In this document: positions 34,831-40,653 of the stretch, piece after piece
Layout of the letters: each line of letters begins with the position of its first letter
Position numbering within the stretch: position 1 is the stretch's first letter
Assembly (NCBI RefSeq): GCF_001194135.2
Contig: NC_068991.1
Location: forward strand, 53,206,741-53,247,393
Origin: Octopus bimaculoides
Lineage: Eukaryota
DNA: 40,653 nucleotides
Direction of reading: 5' to 3'
The notes under the pieces: generated by a model
What the model was told of the DNA's origin: nothing
Seen by the model: only the letters and a program-made list of their open reading frames with translations
Databases searched by the model: none
Position numbers and translations under genes: made by a program

Positions 34831-35204
34831 AATACAAATAAATAACATCACTGCTCTTACTATGTATAACTGAAAGCAAGCAGTAAAAAATTTACTTCCT
34901 TTCCCTATTATGTTTCTGTTGACAACATAACACAGCTGAAAGACAAGCAGTAAAATATCTGCTTTCTCTTTCTTGACCTCTCACTCATTTTTTTGTTTCA
35001 TCTCAGTTTTTGATGCTTCCCTCTCAAAAATAGTAGAATACAAAGAAAATAACATCACTACTCTTACTATGACTGAAAGTAAACAGTAAAAAAATTGCTT
35101 TCTGTTGCCTTTCTTTTTGTTGACCAATTTATACTGGGAAATGCGAAATAAAAGTAAATATGACTACCATGAATCCCGTGGAAATTATCAATAATCAATT
35201 ATAT

Positions 35205-35422
35205 ATTTATTTCTTTATTGCACACAAGGAAAAACAAGGACAGACAAAGTGATTAAGTCGATTACATCAAACCGCAGTGCATAACTGGTACTTATTTAAT
35301 CAATCCCGAAAGGATGAAAGGCAAAGTTGACCTTGGCAGAATTTGAACACAGAACGTAGCGGCAGACAAAATACCACTAAGCATTTCACCTGGCATGCTA
35401 AGGATTTTGCCAGCTCCCCACC
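35205..35422 (-). mobile_element. Family B SINE with the alternative tail
   Basis: Colinear with 29579-29810. Confidence 0.82.
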
Positions 35423-35705
35423 TTTAATCAATTATATATAGAATTATTCATTGTGGGAAAATAGTAAGGTATGCAGTGCATGTGTTGCATACATAGACCC
35501 TTTGCCCCTGATATATATATATAGGTGTAGGAGTGGCTGTGTGGTAAGTAGCTTGCTTATGAACCACATGGTTGTGGGTTCAGTCCCACTGTGTAGTTCC
35601 TTGGGCAAGTGTCTTCTACTATAGCCTCAGGCCGACCAAAGCCTTGTGAATGGATCTGGTAGACGGAAACTGAAAGAAGCCCGTCATATGTATGTATGTA
35701 TATAT

Positions 35706-36461
35706 CAGAGTGTAAGTATCTTGAGAGAAAAGCTGAACATTAGAAGCATCAGTTGTGGCGTGCAAGAGAGACGATTGCGCTGGTATGGACATGTGGTGAG
35801 AATGGAGGAGGATAGCTGCGTGAAAAAGTGCCACACCCTAACAGTTGAGGGAACCCGTGGAAGAGGTAGGCCCAGGAANNNNNNNNNNNNNNNNNNNNNN
35901 NNNNNNNNNNNNNNNNNNNNNNNNNNNNNNNNNNNNNNNNNNNNNNNNNNNNNNNNNNNNNNNNNNNNNNNNNNNNNNNNNNNNNNNNNNNNNNNNNNNN
36001 NNNNNNNNNNNNNNNNNNNNNNNNNNNNNNNNNNNNNNNNNNNNNNNNNNNNNNNNNNNNNNNNNNNNNNNNNNNNNNNNNNNNNNNNNNNNNNNNNNNN
36101 NNNNNNNNNNNNNNNNNNNNNNNNNNNNNNNNNNNNNNNNNNNNNNNNNNNNNNNNNNNNNNNNNNNNNNNNNNNNNNNNNNNNNNNNNNNNNNNNNNNN
36201 NNNNNNNNNNNNNNNNNNNNNNNNNNNNNNNNNNNNNNNNNNNNNNNNNNNNNNNNNNNNNNNNNNNNNNNNNNNNNNNNNNNNNNNNNNNNNNNNNNNN
36301 NNNNNNNNNNNNNNNNNNNNNNNNNNNNNNNNNNNNNNNGCCAAATCAGACTGGAGCCTGGTGTTGCCATCCGGTTTCACCAGTCCTCAGTCAAATCGTC
36401 CAACCCATGCTAGCATGGAAAGTGGACGTTAAACGATGATGATGATGATGATGATGATGAT
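35706..36461 (+). mobile_element. 5'-truncated RTE LINE spanning a gap
   Basis: QSVSILREKLNIRSISCGVQERRLRWYGHVVRMEEDSCVKKC..GRGRPR; after the gap, the tail and (GAT)9. Confidence 0.9.
35879..36339. other. Assembly gap
   Basis: Run of N. Confidence 1.
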
Positions 36462-36749
36462 ATGTGTATATGTTTGTGTGTCTGTGTTTGTCCCCCCAAT
36501 ATCGCTTGATAACCGATGCTGGTGTGTTTACATCCCTGTAACTTAGCAGTTCGCAAAAGAGATCGATAGAATAAGTACTAGGCTTACAAAGAATAAGTCC
36601 TGGGGTCGATTTGCTTGACTAAAAAGGCAGTGCCTCAGCATGGCCACATTCAAATGACTAAAACAAGTAAAAGAGTAAATATAAATATATATATATATAT
36701 ATTTATATATATATGATGATGATGATATATATATATATATAAGTTCCTC

Positions 36750-36910
36750 TGTGTGTGTGCGTGTGTGTGTATGTCTTTGTGTCCCACCACTCCTTGACAA
36801 CTGGTTTTGGTGTGTTTAAGTTGCCATAACTTATCAGTTTGGCAAAAGTGATTGATAGAATAAGTACCAGGTTTAAAAGCAAAAATAAGTCCATAGGTTG
36901 ATTCATTCAA
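36750..36910 (+). mobile_element. Family C SINE tail fragment
   Basis: (TG)n..CTTGACAACTGG..GATAGAATAAGTACCAGG. Confidence 0.7.
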
Positions 36911-36949
36911 CTAAAATTTCATCAAGGCACACGGACACACATACACATA

Positions 36950-37092
36950 TTGATTTCAAATTTCAGCACAAGGCCAGCAAGTTTGGGACCAAAGTTAACC
37001 AATTACATTGACCCCAGTGCTTTGATCGGTACCTATTTTATTGACCCCAAATTAATAAACGGCAAATTCGACCTAGGCAGAATTTGAACTCA
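36950..37092 (-). mobile_element. Family B SINE 3' fragment
   Basis: GCACAAGGCCAGCAA..ATTACATTGACCCCAGTG..GGCAAATTCGACCTAGGCAGAATTTGAACTC. Confidence 0.7.
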
Positions 37093-37235
37093 CAAAGGAG
37101 CATGGATCATGTGGAGACCGAAAATGAGTGTATGGCAGAGGGAGTGCAGAAATGCACTCACTGTTCTCCCAGGCAAGCAATACCGGCAGTGGGATTACCA
37201 CCGCAGATTTCTATAGTGGGTTGGTAGAGCATATT

Positions 37236-37532
37236 TTTTAAGCCTGGTACTTGTTCTATTGGTTTCCTTAGTTGAACCCCTGAGTTATGGGGACATAAAT
37301 ACATCAACACCAGATGTTGAGTGGTGGTGGAGGACAAACACAGATGCAAAGGCACACACAAATATATGGTGGGCTGTTTTTAGTTTTCATCTACCAAATC
37401 CACTCACAAGGTTGTGATCAGCCTGAAGCTATAGTAGAAGGCATTTGCTCATGGTGCCCATGTAGTGGGACTGAACCCAGAACCATGTGGTTGGGAAGCA
37501 AGCTTCTTACTACTCAGCAATACCTGCACCTG
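37236..37532 (-). mobile_element. Family C SINE with a 3'-shortened tail
   Basis: Colinear with 4420-4876. Confidence 0.8.
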
Positions 37533-37913
37533 TTTTCTTTTCAAGTGATCAAAGAACTCAGCATGATACTGAGCAAGAATAGAGAGAAAAGAGAGGAGAA
37601 CTGCTCCTTTGAAATCATATTCATTGAATTTGATGTTGATGACTTTTTTCGGGTTTGGACAATGACTGACATTTAAATCTACCACTTTTTTTATATTTGC
37701 CCTGGACTTAAAATGAGAAATTACCAGTGAGATTTTGAATGAAGAAGTTTTATCATCAGGCACATTCAGTGAGAAAAGAAACTATTTTTGCCAATCTGAT
37801 ATGTCGTTAGTCAAGTTACTTTTTTTTTTAATTTAAAGATATGCTTCATGAATCTCAATGTGTATAGGTGTGACTAAGGACGTTTAGGCAATCCTTCTAC
37901 ATGCTAGTTTTTT

Positions 37914-38518
37914 CGGCACTATCATGCTATTAGCTGTCAGAAGTGAAAGTGCTCACTGCTAGTGAAGTATCTGTCTGCCTGCCTGTTGCTGGCCTGTCGA
38001 TTCTTTGGCTACTGCAGCTAATACGATGACTGGCCGGAGCGAGCTATATGTCTGTCTGTCTGTCTCTCTCTCTATCTATCTATTACTCGAAAGTTCGCGC
38101 GTCCGCGCTAGCTAGTCGTGAGTAGAAAACACAAATTTAATATAAAAAACATATTTCCTGAAATTACAAATTATTTAAAATATAAAAATATAATTTTCAA
38201 CAGAGAGANNNNNNNNNNNNNNNNNNNNNNNNNNNNNNNNNNNNNNNNNNNNNNNNNNNNNNNNNNNNNNNNNNNNNNNNNNNNNNNNNNNNNNNNNNNN
38301 NNNNNNNNNNNNNNNNNNNNNNNNNNNNNNNNNNNNNNNNNNNNNNNNNNNNNNNNNNNNNNNNNNNNNNNNNNNCAGACAGACATATAGCTCGCTCCGG
38401 CCAGTCATGGTATTAGGTGTCAGTAGCCAAAGAATCGACAGGCCAGCAACAGGCAGGCAGACAGACAGATACTTCACTAGCAGTGAGCACTTTCACTTCT
38501 GACAGCATGATAGTGCCG
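37914..38518. mobile_element. Foldback-type element with long TIRs of about 150 bp; the interior includes a gap
   Basis: 37914-38064 is the reverse complement of 38376-38518 apart from small indels and substitutions; termini CGGCACTATCATGCT..AGCATGATAGTGCCG; TTTTTT on both flanks. Confidence 0.75.
38209..38375. other. Assembly gap
   Basis: Run of N. Confidence 1.
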
Positions 38519-38580
38519 TTTTTTCTTACTCTGTCAAACTGTGTTATTTTTGGGAAGAATTAGTGTCAGCTCTTATTCAG

Positions 38581-38582
<2 letters not shown>

Positions 38583-38647
<65 letters not shown>

Positions 38648-38660
38648 TAGATACATACAT
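38583..38660. repeat. (TA)n(GA)n compound microsatellite
   Basis: Directly visible. Confidence 0.95.
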
Positions 38661-39008
38661 AGATATGATAAACCCCAAGAACTAACAATACACACATATA
38701 TGGCAAATCTACACAACTGTGCCCTCAGATTTTGTTTCTTTATAACTTACAGCAAAATCGAGAATTTTTGATGGAATATTCTACAAATACCTTTCAGATA
38801 GCGTAGTCAACGACTGTATTACAATTTAATGTAAAGAAAAAAAGAAGCACACACATGCATGCTGATACATATCACGTAATATGTCTACAAAATTTCAAGT
38901 TTCATTTTGTGGGTATATACGCGATATGCGTCAGTATGTATCTGTGCGAGCGCACCAATTTTGTTTTCTTCTCTTTTCCATATAAAATTCTGACATAATC
39001 GCAATCTA

Positions 39009-39363
39009 TCGGGTTGTCCTAAAGTCTTGTCACCCTCTACCGAAAAGTAATAAGAACAATAGAGGAACAATATAATAATAATATCAAACACATGTGCTGG
39101 TTTTAGTATGTTCACTTTCCTTGACACTGTCACACATCGAGAAGGGCTGTCTGAACATCATCGTTTCGAGGCACAAAATGATGCGGCATTATGTCCCGTA
39201 TGACATTTTATGAAGCTGTGCTTTGGTGATTCTTGCAAAGGCTGCCGAAACAGCATTCTTCAACAGTTATTTATTCTGGTATCGCACTTGTGAAACTCTT
39301 TCCTTGATGATAGAAAATTAAAACAATATTTACAGGTGGTGACAAGACTTTCGGACCACCCTG
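39009..39363 (-). mobile_element. Non-autonomous Tc1/mariner-type element with a transposase C-terminal remnant
   Basis: 26-bp TIRs TCGGGTTGTCCTAAAGTCTTGTCACC vs rc CAGGGTGGTCCGAAAGTCTTGTCACC (22/26); TA on both flanks; the minus strand reads LKNAVSAAFARITKAQLHKMSYGT*CRIILC. Confidence 0.8.
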
Positions 39364-40314
39364 TATATTATCTAAAAGATATTTGTAGAAAATTTCATTA
39401 AAAGGTCCATTTTTCTGAAAGTTACGAAGAAATAAATTCGTTTGGCAGGGAATACCGATATATGTGTGGGTGTGTGTGCTACCTCTTCGTACATGTGTAC
39501 TACCAATGATTAGAGTTACAAAGACGCTCCGGAAGCACGTTGAGAGTTATCTCCCTTTATATAAACACTTCTACTCCCTGCTATATTACATTTTTTAGTA
39601 ATCTTTATATTAATCTTCTTTATGATAACTAACATAAAGCCTATGGATCATACAAAATCTCTCCCTGCATCCAACTAACTAGATTCTAGTTTTTTTTTCC
39701 CCCACGAGCATTATTTAATACTTTTTTTTCTCTCTTTTCAATACTTCCCTTTCATCTCATACTCTCTTCCTTTCTCTCACCTTGCTATTAATGTTGACAC
39801 TCAACCGGATAGAAATAACACTTCTATAATCGTCTTTATTTTTAATCATCTCTATAATTCTACTATCATTTTTTATGCCTTATTAATATATTATAATATT
39901 CTACTAATTTTTCTTCTCCTCTTTATTTCCATGTATAATTTTAATATTCTCATATATTGTTTACTACTATTACTTCTGACTTATCCAACTTTATCTCGTC
40001 CATAACTTCTCATTTCCTTTTGGTTTGCACATCGCGCTTCCTTATTTGGTATGCATCATCTGCACTTCAAAGACTTGTTTTCTCCTCTAAATTAACAGAC
40101 CGACTTTTTAAACGTATCCACTCCTGTGGCCAAATATTTCTTCCTACCTTTAAACTTTTGTTGTCATTTTCTTGTCATTCCACTTTTTCATTTCTTTTAA
40201 AATTTGTTTCTTTTATTTTTCCATCTTTCTTAACTATCTCAACTTTCGTACTGAGTAAATCATGTCCATCAGAACTTGATTTAAAATAAAACGAACCTGT
40301 AAACTAGTCATTAA

Positions 40315-40653
40315 TCTATATATATAAAAACGAGAATGTGTGTCTGTCTGTCTGTCTGTCTGTGTGTTTCCCTAAAACTCGAGAACTACACAACCAATTT
40401 CATTCAAATTTTACACATGTCTTACTTAGGGTTCCAGCTGTGTTTTAGTCCAAAAAAATTATTAACTTCTTGCAGAGTTCGAGCCCACAGCAACATCATA
40501 TCGCCTCCACTATTTAAGTATTACGTGTCAAAAGTGAAACAAAAACACTCATGTCAAATACTTTCACTTTAAAAATGAAACTATTCCACTAACTGAAACA
40601 ATCACATTTCGATACTGTAATGACAGATACTTTCACTTTAATGCTGTGTGTGT
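40315..40653 (+). mobile_element. 5' portion of a non-autonomous Helitron-like element, running off the window
   Basis: A|TCTATATATATAAAAACGAGAATG followed by (GTCT)n and AACCAATTTCATTCAAATTT, the typical layout of invertebrate non-autonomous Helitron 5' ends. Confidence 0.6.

Larger units (their letters stand above)
35521..36677 (+). mobile_element. Family C SINE interrupted at its central microsatellite by an RTE insertion
   Basis: Head and core at 35521-35705; the tail resumes at 36462 (TGTGTTTGTCCCCCC..GATAGAATAAGTACTAGG..AAACAAGTAAAAGAGTAA). Confidence 0.85.

Noticed and set aside
37449-37763. Open frames on both strands as host exons (similar candidates near 27964, 30751 and 32841)
   Set aside because: No recognisable protein motif, weak splice sites, partial SINE overlap; lengths are compatible with chance.
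39957-40289. 110-aa ORF, or an antisense charged ORF, as a Helitron Rep fragment
   Set aside because: Compositional bias only; the antisense frame has several stops and no diagnostic motif.

Overview
AT-rich eukaryotic DNA with three assembly gaps. It is essentially a transposon and microsatellite mosaic, and I could not support any host protein-coding gene. The mix of tRNA-derived SINEs, RTE LINEs with (GAT)n tails and dense (TA)n/(CA)n/(CAT)n tracts suggests an octopus (coleoid cephalopod) intron or intergenic region; this is an inference, not a verified assignment. Most supplied ORFs are microsatellite or antisense artefacts. Decayed coding relics that I can read are: Ty3/Gypsy pol (RT-RNaseH-integrase), several RTE RT C-termini, a Penelope-like GIY-YIG endonuclease, a CRE/R2-type restriction-like endonuclease tail, a mariner transposase with TIRs and a hAT transposase. 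There are also several MITEs and Helitron ends. The most unusual object is a composite at about 13765-14090: a tRNA-like Pol III head, (AAT)n, a minimal hammerhead-ribozyme motif and a tail ending in (TA)n. SINE family letters (B-E) are my working labels, and boundaries of decayed copies are approximate.
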